Positions 28,091 to 42,934 of a stretch of 64,000 bases of DNA are shown piece by piece. Under the pieces are notes generated by a model, which did no database searches, was not told where the DNA came from, and saw only the letters and a list, made by a program, of their open reading frames with translations. The translations under genes were made by a program, and so were the position numbers. The DNA lies in assembly GCA_002269645.1 (NCBI GenBank), contig NIVC01000121.1:472293-536292 (forward strand), read 5' to 3'. Position 1 is the first letter of the stretch; each line of letters begins with the position of its first letter. Origin of the DNA: Macrostomum lignano. Lineage: Eukaryota.

Positions 28091-30052
28091 TATCAACATA
28101 GGTCAATCTGCTAATTAATATACGCCTTCATCTGCCTTCGTCTACTTCTGAGTTGCACGTCTAATGGAATTTCATCGCGTTCACAAAAATACAGTAAAAT
28201 GTATGGACTTTATGGCTTTTGAAGAACTTGAAGATTGATTTAGCGATAGATTCACCTGCTGATAGTGCCTGCGGCTTCGTGGTGATGACTGAATGCTTGA
28301 GATATTAGTTAAGTATCCTCAGAAGTTAAGGCTTAGTCATACGACATTCAGTTGTAGCCTGCTGCGATGAAGCTGAAAAAATAAAAACTGACTACATGTA
28401 CTTTTATTGAATCACCTTCCTGCTTTCGTCAAACATGTAATTCTGAATGTTTTCTACTTCTAATTCAATAATTTATACACAGTTTAACAGCAAGTTTTAA
28501 ATTAAGCAACCATTAAGTTTTCCTGACAATTTCAAATACTCGTACATTAAAATATTTGAATCATCATTCGATATTAGAAATTACTTAAACTAACTTTGGT
28601 AGCTTCTGAGCGGCATCTTTATCAGTGGACTACTGATGTGTTCCTTACTACGCTCGTACCAAGAGTTTCTTAGTAATCAAGGAACAATCACTTCTAACTA
28701 CTGCTGCAACCCAGTAATCAAGTGAAGGTATCTATTACCTTGAGTCCTGATCAGTAGAGCTCTTCCGGTACATGTAGTTCTCGATCTCAATCAGTTTAGA
28801 CTTCTTGATTTAGTAGTTCTGGTCCAAGTTCCTATTGTACTTCCAACGAAGTCGTTTCCGGCCAGTATCTGCAGTTAGGACCAATCAGAAGCTTCTGGTC
28901 AACAATGGGGATCCCTGCGCCGCGCTGCGGTTTCAAATAAGCCTTCCCCTTCTAGCAGTGTCTTAATGCACTCTAGGTATAGCTCCGGAAATCACTGATA
29001 GTCTTCTTATGGCTATCGGGGTAAGTCCTTCTGGAGACTATAACCAATGGAGTCTCAAAAAGACTCAGTCACAACAATAATATCGATTCGACTCAAACAC
29101 CTGGCGCAAATTAGTAAGGCTTACCACAAGAGCTCAGCCGAGTCTCGGTTGACTTGGTCTAAAGGAAGTCTGGCTTCCTCTTCGGAGCTCTTCTTCCCTC
29201 TGGAAGGTTCTCTGTTTTTCAGTTGTTGCTCCGGTCCGCTTCAAATCACTTGTTTTTATAGGCAACTTTTGCGAAATATACATAGCAGTATGATTCATCT
29301 TTTCGGTTGTAAATAATATGACTCTTCTTTACGTTTAAATAGTAACTTGACTTACGGTTTAAGTTTTGCTTCGTATGTTTGCATTAGTCTACTTACAGTA
29401 GCATTCTATGGATAAACTTCTACATTAACAATTTTATGATTTTTGTGGGACGTTGAACATTCTACACAACTTCTTGCAGATTGTATTCGCGTGGCTGATA
29501 TCCGTAGCGTCAACCACATCGTCAATAACTATAACCAATCGCTCTCCGACTTCACCTAAGACAAACTACATGTACCAGTTTCATTTGGAACTTGTAAGTT
29601 CAAACGGGGACATGCAGTCTAGCAAGCGTCTCACTACCTCTGCAGGTTCTTCACTCTTGATCAACTCTCAGAGGCATCTAACAATTCTGCTCAACTGTAA
29701 CTTGGGTCAAAATGATCAAACAAAGAGGCGCGTGTCAAAAATCGGCTACCAAACTTGAAAAAAAATCTTGCTTACCGACACAACACAGTCCACATTTCTT
29801 ATATCTAGAAGAACAGCTCAGAAAACGCAAACAGCTACGCCTTCAAGGTATATAAAAAGGATAGCTATGTGTGTCCTTTGTTTGTCAACGGAAGCAATGT
29901 CAACAGTAAAAACTCAAACTGAACAGTTAAAACACGTTGGAAACACTTTGGCATGTTTGCGCATGGGTGCTACGGTAAGGCGTTAAAAGCATATGAGAAG
30001 CTTGTTCAAACTACCGGATGCAAGATAACTGTGTCTGCAAAGCTTGTATGTC

Positions 30053-30383
30053 ATGCGATTTTCAACGACAGCTTTTTCTCAGCTTCTGAGCCTCATCACA
30101 GCTATCATTTCTTCTGCTCTGGTGAGCAGCGCGGCCAGATTCGAGCTGCAGCTGGGTGCCGCAATCAACCGAACTCTCCCAGTCGCGTTTGAAGTCGCGC
30201 ACAGCTTCAACCAGCGTCACTGCTCTCAGCTGTGCTCACAAATAGCCGAGTGCTTCGGATTCTACTCGGTGCAGAACAAGGCGGGACCCTGCAGACTGTT
30301 CAACGCGACAGCCTTCTACTGGAAGAGCTCGTGGACAGTCGCCGTGTCCGAGCAGCAGTTTGAACTCTTCGTGATTGATGTCG
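30053..30383 (+). CDS. PAN exon of lectin copy 3 (orphan first exon; no dedicated FTP exon)
   Basis: ATG at 30053, signal peptide, PAN core and donor G|GTAAGT. The intron matches copy 4 up to 30565 and is then replaced by a SINE. Confidence 0.8.
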
Positions 30384-30565
30384 GTAAGTGTCGGCTTGTG
30401 CTCATTACTAGATGAAAAACTTGTAGTGGTAAGAGCATGGACCTCAGCCCCTCAGCAGCGTAAGCGTTTGTCTTCAACGGGCACAGAACTTGTTAATAAA
30501 ACCCACTTCATCCGTTGCGCTGTTTAGAAGTCCAATGCTTTGCTTGGGTCTTGGCCTTGTTTGCT

Positions 30566-30912
30566 TCAAGCGGCATTGTCACACAACGGGGCCGGCGAGA
30601 GGCATTACTGTCCATTCCGGCGACTCCCCTGAGCAGGCACACAAGCGCGCGGATACGTATGCAGTCATGCGCACAGGCACACACTCACACAGGAGTGTAC
30701 ATTGGACCTAGCTTTATTTATTGTGAGGCCCTGAGGCATGTACATTTCAATAAACATGGGGGCTGCCTCTCAATCGCATTAGTTGCACGAGCGGAGCCAA
30801 GCCGAGATTCCAATTTAGATTTTAAAAATGAATGTGCAAGCAATTGTGCACTTGGAATCAAGCCTGGGCCGCTGGCACATCAGAGCGCCGCGCTAGACCG
30901 CTGGGCTACCGT
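30566..30912 (-). mobile_element. tRNA-derived SINE, family A, at the break point of the lectin copy 3 intron
   Basis: Homologous to 14391-14738. Confidence 0.75.
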
Positions 30913-31189
30913 CACCCTTGTAGCGAATCATTCCAGCTTCATGCCATCATCGTTCACATCTTCTAACACCCGCTGACTCGGTTGCTCACTCAAGGACAAG
31001 GCAGTATTGAATCGCAGCAAAATCTTTTATACTGCATCACTTTTAGATATGGAATTATTCTATATTAAACGTATTCATTGCGAGGCCTTCTTCAATCGGT
31101 GATTCTTGTAGAATCGATGCTGCAGATTTAAAAAACGCTATTTAGCAATCGCAAAGTTGACCGCGTCAATGTAGTAGGAAAAAGCAATT

Positions 31190-31530
31190 ACAACAGCAAC
31201 AACAAAACACGATGTCAGGGTTTTCAGAAGGCCAGGTCTCGAACGAATGCCACGCCGCCGACCGAATCCGGGGCGCCGGCGTGAGCCAGCAGGCAGTCGA
31301 TAAAGCGCCGAGTGCGCGCCTGTCCCCGCCAGTAGGGTGCCTGCAGTGTCAGCAGCAGCACCTCCCCCACCAGCTGCGGGCAGAGGGACTCGGTGCGGAT
31401 GATGTGGGCTGCCAGCTGAAGTCGCTGGCGGCGCAACATTTCTCTTGGACCGACCAGGCCGGTGCGGTGATACCGTGCCGCGTTGTTCACTCGCTCGTCG
31501 CTGATTTTGAAGGCGGTGCGCAGCAGGCCA
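31190..31530 (-). mobile_element. 5'-truncated RTE-clade non-LTR retrotransposon 3' fragment
   Basis: RRQRLQLAAHIIR..P...VLL...RG C-terminal motif, followed by a short (TTG)-like tail. Homologous to 35851-36345. Confidence 0.7.
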
Positions 31531-32618
31531 AATAAATTAAGACGCTTACTGTATGTCACGCATAGCACGTGTAACTTCATGCACATATCCAAACTAATGG
31601 GATAATAAAACAGCTTATTTAAAACAGCTTAACAGTTTCAATAATAAAACAGCCATTTTACTCGTAAAACTTTATTGACTTGCTGATGGTATTTCTCCAT
31701 GCTTCACTGAGAGATAGTCTGGCCTGCTTCCCAACGCATCAATGAGTGACTGCTTGAAGTCGAAGGTTTTCGAAAAGTCCAAATGTCGCTGATGGATCGG
31801 TGGAAGAACGTCTTCATTTCACAGAGGTCCGGTCAGTACCCAGCAGTAGCTTAGCTGCTTATGACACTCGTTAGTACTCAGAACTCCTGGAAAACGTATA
31901 ATTGGTTCAAGACACATATCAGCAATTTCACAAAATAAGACTTCGACTGCGGTTGCAAGACCTTTCAGAAGAAGATGGAGGATGGAGATGGAGAAGAAGA
32001 AGAGATATTTGTCAGAGTTTGTATGACCGGAAACGGTAAGGAAATTCTCCCTGCAAATTAGCATGAGATAACGAAAAACCGCAATATCTTTTTTTTCCAA
32101 TTTCTTTTTTCTAAGAAAGTATAGCACGCTCTTACAACTTCTTCTCTTTTTATGACCTAGACCAAGATAAATTGCTAAAGCTGACTTTCGTATACTGGAT
32201 ATTGGGAAAACATTTCTCAGGAATGGGCTTTTGTGCACACGGGACACTGTATTGCATAGGTTAGCTCGGACTATAGGGCTCACTGTTATAATACTTGCCA
32301 AAAACGTGACTTTGGACGACTCTCGTACTCGTGAAATGCATGCTAAAAACTAGAATGCAGTTTATTGGTCAGGCTGTGCATCATGGATGTAGGAGAAGAA
32401 GCCCTCTTCAGAGGAAAGGCAAAATGGCTGGGCCTTCTCAGAAAAAAGCTGAGTTGGGGTCCTGCTTGGCAAAGAGGAAAACAGCAACAGGTTTTGCGTG
32501 ACTCAAAATACTTAATTATTGAGGAGCCATATGACTATGGTGAATAAAACAAAGGTCTACAATAAAACGCAACTAAGCTGCCCCGTCTCCCTCTACTCCT
32601 AGTGTGACTGTGAAGGCA

Positions 32619-33599
32619 ATGCGCTTTTCAATGAAAGCCTCTGCTCAGCTTCTGAGCCTCATCATAACTATCGCTTCTTCTGCTCAGGTGAGCAGCGCGG
32701 CCAGATTCGAGCTGCAGCTGGGTGCCGCAATCAACCGAACTCTCCCAGTCGCGTTTGAAGTCGCGCACAGCTTCAACCAGCGTCACTGCTCTCAGCTGTG
32801 CTCACAAATAGCCGAGTGCTTCGGATTCTACTCGGTGCAGAACAAGGCGGGACCCTGCAGACTGTTCAACGCGACAGCCTTCTACTGGAAGAGCTCGTGG
32901 ACAGTCGCCGTGTCCGAGCAGCAGTTTGAACTCTTCGTGATTGATGTCGGTAAGTGTCGGCTTGTGCTCATTACTAGATGAAAAACTTGTAGTGGTAAGA
33001 GCATGGACCTCAGCCCCTCAGCAGCGTAAGCGTTTGTCTTCAACGGGCACAGAACTTGTTAATAAAATCCACTTCATCCGTTGCGCTGTTTAGAAGTCCA
33101 ATGCTTTGCTTGGGTCTTGGCCTTGTTTGCTAGGGACGAAATATGTATGTGTCAATCAGTGGCGCACTCTTAGATTTATACATTTACTCTTTTTACAGAC
33201 AAGAAAAAGTTGAGCTTGACGAGCTGCACTCAGAGTTCCCTTGGTTTCGGCGGCGTCTGCACCAGAGCCATCGATGGCAACACGAACCAAGCGTGGAGGT
33301 CTGGTTCATGCAGTCATACTGGCGAAATCCCGAACCAGTGGTGGGAGGCCCAGCTTCTGCGGCAGTCCATTGTTTCTCACGTAGTCATCTACAACAGGCA
33401 GGATTGCTGTGCAGAGCGGTTGAACAACTTTGAGCTGCTTGTGGACGGCGTCCAGTGCCGCAGTGTCAGCGTGTCGGTGCCGTTCTCTGTTGGCAACTTC
33501 ACCTGCCAGATGGCCGGATCCAGGATTCGAGTTCAGAGTCACCGTAGCGATGCTCTCACGCTGTGCGAGTTCGAGGCCTATGGGATTTACTTTCCTTGA
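32619..33599 (+). CDS. Secreted PAN + F-type lectin, copy 4 (243 aa)
   Basis: Exons 32619-32949 and 33199-33599; GT-AG, phase 1, open frame; canonical H-x26-RQDCCAER. Confidence 0.92.
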
Positions 33600-34689
33600 C
33601 TGATTGGTTGAATTTTCGAGCTCATGTGATACACACAGGAAGTGTCGAAGCGAGAATCAAACTCATTATTAAGCTAAATTGACACAATTGCGCGCATGTT
33701 TAACAGAACATACTGTTTCAGTAATCATGAGGAGCTATTTGTCAACAGTTTTCTAAATTTACTAGCTGGTAAATTCCAGTAAATTATCATTTCTGAATTG
33801 ACTTCGGATTTGATGAGACAGTTTTCGTAAATTATAATATCAACATCTGCTGCTGAGAATTTTAACTCTTCACCGAACTGAATTTACGGTATTTCTTTAC
33901 TCGCGAAATGATTGCTCCAATATTTATCTTTAGGTAACAAAACTGTTTTTTTTTCTGAATAGAAACTTTCTTTTTGCCTGTAATGGCACTATAAACATAC
34001 GAGACCAAACCGCATGTTACTCCAGACTCTTCGTGATAATTACACCAAGAATCAAATCTATTAGCTCCCTACAAGACAACCTAGAAGGGCAATATCGTTT
34101 CAATATTGAATGCTGTGATTAAAACAAGATTTTTATCTACTTTATCGTTGGTAAGACTCACACTTGCTTTATACAATTACGCAGACTTTGTTAATCTTTG
34201 TCGGCGCAACAAAATACATTTTTCCACAGTTGACTCTGCTTCTAGAAGTACGTCGTAAATCCAATTAGCTGAACCGTTAAAAGTACAGAAGAAAAAACTG
34301 TATTGGAATCATAATTGGCAAATAAGGAGGGAGCCTTAGGTTTCCCGCCTCAAACTAATTAATAATTTAAGCTCAGACACACCATCGCAACGCGGCTGAG
34401 GTAAAACAAAAGTTCAACAAAAATGAATTGAACTGTTAAGCTTTCCCCTCCATTGTGCGTCAGTCGTGACCGCCTTATATCTACATGTACAGTGTATGGC
34501 AACTCCAATGCCAAAAGAGGTGCTGAAGAGCAAGCAACGTGATGATAAGGTCCGGGTGCCATTCAAACTCCTGTCGAGGCTACTTAACGTAGTTTTTTTC
34601 TAAAATTTATTGTATGTATAATGACAGTATTTCGAAACTAAAGAGCTATAATCAATGAGAGGCGATCAGAACAACTTTTATACGTCTTC

Positions 34690-34892
34690 ATGTTGCTTAA
34701 GGTTGCTACAGACGCTGCAGTGGCAGTCGATGGCGCACTGTAATTCCTGGGAAACATGCATTGTAACAAATTGGCCAAACATAGTTGCCTCGAGGCGGGG
34801 GCTTAGAATTGCTAATAAAAAACCTTCCAGAAGAGGATTGTGATCCTCTCACTATATGCGTGTTTGAGGCATACGGGATCTACTTTTCCTGA
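34690..34892 (+). pseudogene. Decayed F-type lectin exon remnant
   Basis: GATCCTCTCACTATATGCGTGTTTGAGGCATACGGGATCTACTTTTCCTGACTGG encodes DPLTICVFEAYGIYFS*, matching the paralogue end DALTLCEFEAYGIYFP* and its 3' flank TGACTGG. Upstream SCCLRL resembles DCC.ERL, but the region is frameshifted. Confidence 0.6.
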
Positions 34893-34901
34893 CTGGTTTT
34901 T

Positions 34902-35135
34902 AGCCTAGTGGTTAGAGCGTCGGACGAGCGACTGAAATGTTGGGGTTCGATTCTCGACCTACGCGGAACAATTTGTATCCATGAGCAAGATTTTTAACTC
35001 TGCATTGCTTCAGTTTACCAGCTGTAAATGGGTGCCAGCATTAGCTGGGGTAATTGAGGGTGTGTGGCGACCCCCCAGTCCTTGGACTGAACAGCCGTAC
35101 GCAGCCTTCAGATGCGCCGCGCAATAGCTGCGGCA
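34902..35135 (+). mobile_element. tRNA-derived SINE, family B
   Basis: TAGCCTAGTGG A box and GGTTCGATTCT B box; body homologous to 27400-27625. Confidence 0.8.
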
Positions 35136-35709
35136 ATAATAGCAGGGAGATAATTGAAAAGAAAAATATATTATATAATTCAAATTAGCTAGACTTTTTT
35201 TCCGACGACTTTCTTTGTAAGACCATATTGTATTTTATTATGAGTTAGTCAAATTACTCTTTTTCATCCCCTAAACTTTCGAGCAAATAGGAAACGCTGT
35301 TGGTCAGGAAAATTATCCGCATCTATTGCTAACAAACCTACGAGTATTTACAAGTAATTTGCTTCATTCATATATTATTAATTTTTCATCTTTGAAAATA
35401 GCCAAGCATAAAAGCTGAACTTGGCAGATCTTTTTGTATGTAAATGGAAGAAATCTTTTGAAGCTAAAACAGTTTCAGAGGTGGTCAGTAAATCTAAATA
35501 TTGAATATTACTGTACAAGCCACCATCGAATGAGGCCAGTTTTTACGTCATCATATTTTTTATTCCAGTGACTTGCAAATATTATTTGTGTGTTTATATA
35601 TCACTCTTTCGAAATTGGAGCCTCATTTGATGCTGTTGCCAACGAACCTTTACTACTCGCTACGAAAAAAAACAATTTAATAGGCGAACGAAATTATTTT
35701 ATTAAGACA

Positions 35710-36566
35710 GGGGGTTGTTTGCACCCTGGCGCACTTTAAGCGACTTTGCATTACTGCCCGTTTCGCCGACATTCCCTGAGCAGGATGTCGAACATAAATA
35801 CAAGCGCGCGGATACGTACGCAGTCATACGCACAGGAGGCAAACACTCACTCAACAGCAACAGAATACGCGTTCAGCATCACAGGGCGCGCCTCAGGGCC
35901 AGGCCGTATCCGCAGCCAGTAGGAAGTGGACGAAACACCGAGTGCGAACCTGCCCCGCGGGTAGGGTGCCTGCAGCGTCAGCAGCAGCACCTCCTGCACC
36001 GGCTGTGGGCAGTAGGACTCGGCGCGGATGATGTGGCCTGCCAGCTGGAATCGCCGACGGCACAACAGGTCACTCGCTCGTAGCAGATATTGAAGGCCGC
36101 ACGCAGCAGGCCAGCATGCGCCGCGTCAGCTTGTTGCTCGAGCGACTCTGTCAGCGTCCACGTCTCGGCGTTGTACAGCAGGACGATCTCGATCACTGCC
36201 TGAAACAGCGCCGCCCTCTGGCGGTCGGGTAGGGCCTTTGACTGCAGAACTGCCCTCACAGAACAAAAGGCAGTCCAGGCAAGCCCGCGGCGATGCCGCA
36301 AATCTTCGCGGACGCCGTGAACCAGACCGCCGAGATAGACGCTCGCTCCACACCGCTAGGAGTGTACAGCGGCCCAAACTTTATTTATCGTTAGGCATGT
36401 ACACTTCACTGTGCCTTGGGGGTTGGCACTGAATGGCGTTAATTGCACGATCAGACCCAAGCTGAGATTTGAATTTAGCCCCAAATTAATGTGACTGCAC
36501 TTGGAGTCGAGCCTGGGCCTCTGGCATATCAGAGCGCCGCGCTGGACCACCGGGCTACAGCCCCCG
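35710..36566 (-). mobile_element. Family A SINE split by a nested RTE-clade fragment (35851-36345)
   Basis: The SINE halves 35710-35850 and 36358-36566 rejoin to the sequence seen intact at 14391-14738. The insert encodes VLLYNAETWTL...LLRAAF and QLAGHIIR (RTE-type). Confidence 0.75.
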
Positions 36567-37168
36567 CTAATGGAAAGTCAATCACTGATGGACGGATCCA
36601 CCACTTTTACTGCTTCGAAAATCAATATTGGCAGAATATTTGGGGCCGCCATGACGCAATAGTAGATTATTTAGTATGTGACTGAGATTGCAAAAATATG
36701 CAATATATTTCATAATTTTAGAAGGGCATTGTAATTATATGTTTCTGTATTATGCTCAACGCAGATGTCATTATGCCACCCAATTCACTCTAAGGCAAAA
36801 AAAATTCACATGATGAAATCGGGAAACCACATGGGGAGCAATTATAAGATAATGGTAAAAAATAATTGCCATTGTGTCGATGTAAAAGCATACCGCGACC
36901 TTCTGCGAAATTTTCCCACAACCAGTGAGGAAATTCTACCTATTCCGTTGTCAAGTTAAAATATGCAGTTTACCGACACTTACAAAAAACTTTGCCTGCA
37001 GGAGAAAAAGAGCTCTCTGGAAAAAAGGCAGACGAGGCAATTAGTAAAAGTCCTTGAAAGAAGAGAAGCTGCGCAAAAATTTTGTTTGCCAACGGAGGCT
37101 CAGCAGCTACAAGCTGTGCTACTCGAAAGGCAAAGAAATTTTCACTCCTAGGCATGCTATCGCATTTC

Positions 37169-37182
37169 GTTGCTATGGTAAA
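37169..37182 (+). promoter_or_regulatory. RFX X-box-like motif upstream of lectin copy 5
   Basis: GTTGCTATGGTAAA, 1 mismatch, about 100 bp before the ATG at 37283. Confidence 0.55.
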
Positions 37183-37282
37183 ACAAAAAGCCTTTGAGCA
37201 TACACGAAAAGGTATTAAACTACCGGTTGCAAACGACGTGCCTGCACAATTAGGAAACCATATCTCCCTCTCTGTGTAGGAA

Positions 37283-38333
37283 ATGCAGTCTTCAATGAGA
37301 GCCTCTGCTCAGCTTCTGAGCCTCATCACAGCTATCGTTTCTTCTGCTCTGGTGAGCAGCGCGGCCAGATTCGAGCTCGGTGCCGCAATCAACCGAACTC
37401 TCCCAGTCGCGTTTGAAGTCGCGCACAGCTTCAACCAGCGTCACTGCTCTCAGCTGTGCTCACAAATAGCCGAGTGCTTCGGATTCTACTCGGTGCAGAA
37501 CAAGGCGGGACCCTGCGGACTGTTCAACGCGACCGCCTTCTACTGGAAGAGCTCGTGGACATCCGCCGGATCGGAGGAGCAGTTTGACGTCTTCGTGGTT
37601 GATGTCGGTAAGTGTCGGCTCGTGCTCATCACTAGCCTACATGCAAAACAAACCTAGGTGTAGTGGTAAGAGCATAGAGCTCAGCCTCTCAGTACCATGG
37701 TAACGTAAGCGTTTTTCTTCAACTTAACGGTTATTGCGTCGCAAAAACTACTTCAGCAGTTGCGCTGTTTTGAAGTCCAACTACAAGAACAAGAAAATGG
37801 CAACGGAACAACATGTGCCAAGAAAACTCTTCCTGTTTTGCTTGGGTCTTGGCCTTGTTTGCTAGGCACGAAATATGTATGTGTCAATTGGTGCAGCGTT
37901 CCTAAATTTATATACATGCTGTCTTTTTGCAGACAAAAAGAAGCTGAGCTTGACAAGCTGTTCTCAGAGTTCCCTTGGTTACCGCGGCGTCTGCACCAGA
38001 GCCATCGATGGCAACACGAACCAAGCGTGGAGGTCTCGTTCATGCAGCCATACTAAAAGAATCCCGAACCAGTGGTGGGAGGCCCAGCTTCTGCGGCAGT
38101 CCATTGTTTCTCACGTAGTCATCTACAACAGACAGGATTGCTGTGCAGAGCGGTTGAACAACTTTGAGCTGCTTGTGGACGGCGTCCAGTGCCGCAGTGT
38201 CAGCGTGTCGGTGCCGTTCTCTGTTGGAAACTTCACCTGCCAGATGGCCGGATCCAGGATTCGAGTCCAGAGTCGTCGTAGCGATGCTCTCACGCTGTGC
38301 GAGTTCGAGGCATACGGGAATTACCTTCCTTGA
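37283..38333 (+). CDS. Secreted PAN + F-type lectin, copy 5 (241 aa)
   Basis: Exons 37283-37607 and 37933-38333; phase 1; 2-codon deletion (RFELGA vs RFELQLGA); canonical fucose motif. Confidence 0.92.
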
Positions 38334-39968
38334 CTGGTTCGAGTGATTCAGTGCGTGTGTTACGTAATTATTTAGCGAGTTGACGAGTCAAGAATCGATT
38401 GCGAGAAGAATTCAGACTTTGAGAGAAGCTTTAATTGAGTAATAAACCCTTTGTCTAAGCCGAAATTTGTTAACATTTTGAGTTTACAATTTTTTATACA
38501 AGTACTTCGGGTTTTTACCGGTTTGACGAAAGTTGAAATTTGTTGAGAAAAACTGGTTGAATTTTTTTATATTTGTCCTGTTCTTTTGGAATATTACCAA
38601 TATTACTCATCATTCCCGATATTTTTCCACAATTATTGTCACCGTGTATTTTCTCGCTTAAAATCTGGGATAAATGAAAAATGTACTAAGGGAATTTTCC
38701 GCAGGATCCTGTCAATAAATTATGCGTGTTTGAATATTGCTTGGCCAAATACAGTTTTCGTTAACAGTAAACACTAACTACAAGTAATTAGTATAACAAC
38801 GAGAGAAGGTTTTGAAACACATCGCGACGCTGTTGAGGCAGTCAAGCATCCAACAAAGTTATAAATAGTTATACTGCTCTCTTTCTTGGAAGTACAGTAT
38901 AGCTTCTGCTTTCTTAGAAATTACTGTATTTCAAATTTCCGCTAAATCTTTTATAATGTAATGTACGAGCTATTAAAATCACATTTTACAAAAAAATTGT
39001 TAGAATCTTTTCCAAAATGTAGTATAAATAGAAGGCCAGAAACTGAGAGGTCAAAAACAACGTTCCAACATTCCAAACATTTGAAAAAACTTTTTGTCGA
39101 CTTTTCAACTCGATCGCTAAAATTAAAGCGATCGAGTACTTTACTTTCCCAATACTTTCCCAGCTTTTGAAACAGACTTTATTCATTTCCTTAGGTCATT
39201 GGGAGAATTTATCAGAGAAGGTCATTGTATCACAGCCGTGACTCTCTGATCCTGTGAAACGCCCTGACTGAGAGACATTCTCCATAGGAGTAATTAATAA
39301 ATGTTAGAGATAGTCAATAGTGCCAAATAATAACTCAGACCTGAGATACACATACAGTGTACGCTACTTGCAATAGATAATACTGTATACGCTACCGGCT
39401 ATACGTGATACATCAGTAGTAAAAGTACATTAGACATACGTGCCAGGAAGTTACCATACGTCCGTGCCATGTTATGCAAAAGTTAGGCATATGAAGCGGA
39501 GCAGATAGCAGCCCAGCGATAAAACGCGTCTGACTCTCGCCCTACAACCTCGATCTATACCTGTTTCCATCCCGTGCGCGGCAATATGTGCACAAAAATT
39601 TGACCTGGGGACTATGGCCAACTCTCAAGCTGGGTTAGAAAGTTGATGATTTGAAAGTCAGGGCCGCTGAACACCCTGAGTGTATTTATGAGTACGTCTG
39701 CGTACAGCATTGGCGCGCTTGTATGTGCTCAGGAGTGAGCGGAATGAGCAGAATTGCCTCATTCCTGGCTGTGAGATGAATAGATGCTTCCAAGTCATGG
39801 ACGTCCTCCCTGATGTCCATGCTTTACGACCCAAAGGCTGTTATGTGATAAGAATAATATCAGAAAAATGGTCAAATAGCTCGTGTACATGTTCAGTAGG
39901 CATATGAACGGTAACGGAAAAATGCAACGTATTTCGACTAAAGTTAACAACAATAACAACAACAACAA

Positions 39969-41831
<1,863 letters not shown>

Positions 41832-42934
41832 CACTACCAACGCAGCCTCGCATGCAAGGTCATAGAGCAGGGCGTGTCAGATGGCTCGTTTATTTACTTC
41901 TTAGCTTTTACGGTTGCATTTATTCATTAGAATATTGAAACAAATCGTCGATATTTTCGTTATAAAGGAAAATATTAAATAAAAATTCAATTTAAACTGC
42001 CAATTGCCTGCAGCTATTGTAACATGCTCTGACGAAAAAAGAACTTCTAGTTTGTCTTTACGCGTCACAAGACAATGCTAGAACATGAAAGAAGGGCGAG
42101 TGAAAAAAGACAAATCATACATGTTGTACGCTTCAAAAAGGCTTCGGTAAATAATCCAACCTTTTCATTTTGAGATGTACTATGAGTAAAACAAACTTCG
42201 ATTAACTTGGCTATAGATTAAGTTAGATATGATTAGCTAGAGGTTCATAAGATTACATGTAAAAATAACAACATGTAATTTGTCTTTTAGTCTTTTAATT
42301 GGCCTTTAGTCTTTTAATTAAATCAGAGCGACAGTCAAGGGATCGTTGAACAAAGTCTGCAGACCAGTATAACTAACCTCCATGAAGTACATCACAATAT
42401 CATTTTTAAGTTGAAGATCGTCAAAAATTTGATCAGAACTCATGCTACAGAGATTGCCTATAATAAGTTCAAAAGAATGGAAAACTAATAGTTAACCTTT
42501 CAAAACATGACCATGCAGCGTGTGGATTTGTTTCCTTAAAAAACAATAACTTCTAAGAAACGATCCTATCCAGCTACAACATCTAGCCATCTCTATCGAG
42601 AAAAATTAACGAGATTGCGTGACTATATAGTATAGCAAAGGAACAGAAGTTTTAACTTGATTTTTTACTACAGGGGTTTCATGCAGCAGAGACTTTGTTG
42701 TACGCCCCAGAAGCCTATTCTCTGTTTGCAGTAATCCTCTACAGCAATCCTACGTCGATGACATTTATGTACTTTTAAATTACATCGACGTTCAGACGAC
42801 GTACATGTATGACTTCTTTATCCGTCGATGTAATGTTAAAAGCACATACTTTGTTTGCAATTCAGAAAACCAGAAGGTACTAAAAACTGACAACTTCCTA
42901 TCCTGCATTTCTTACATTTGTCGACTCAGAATTC

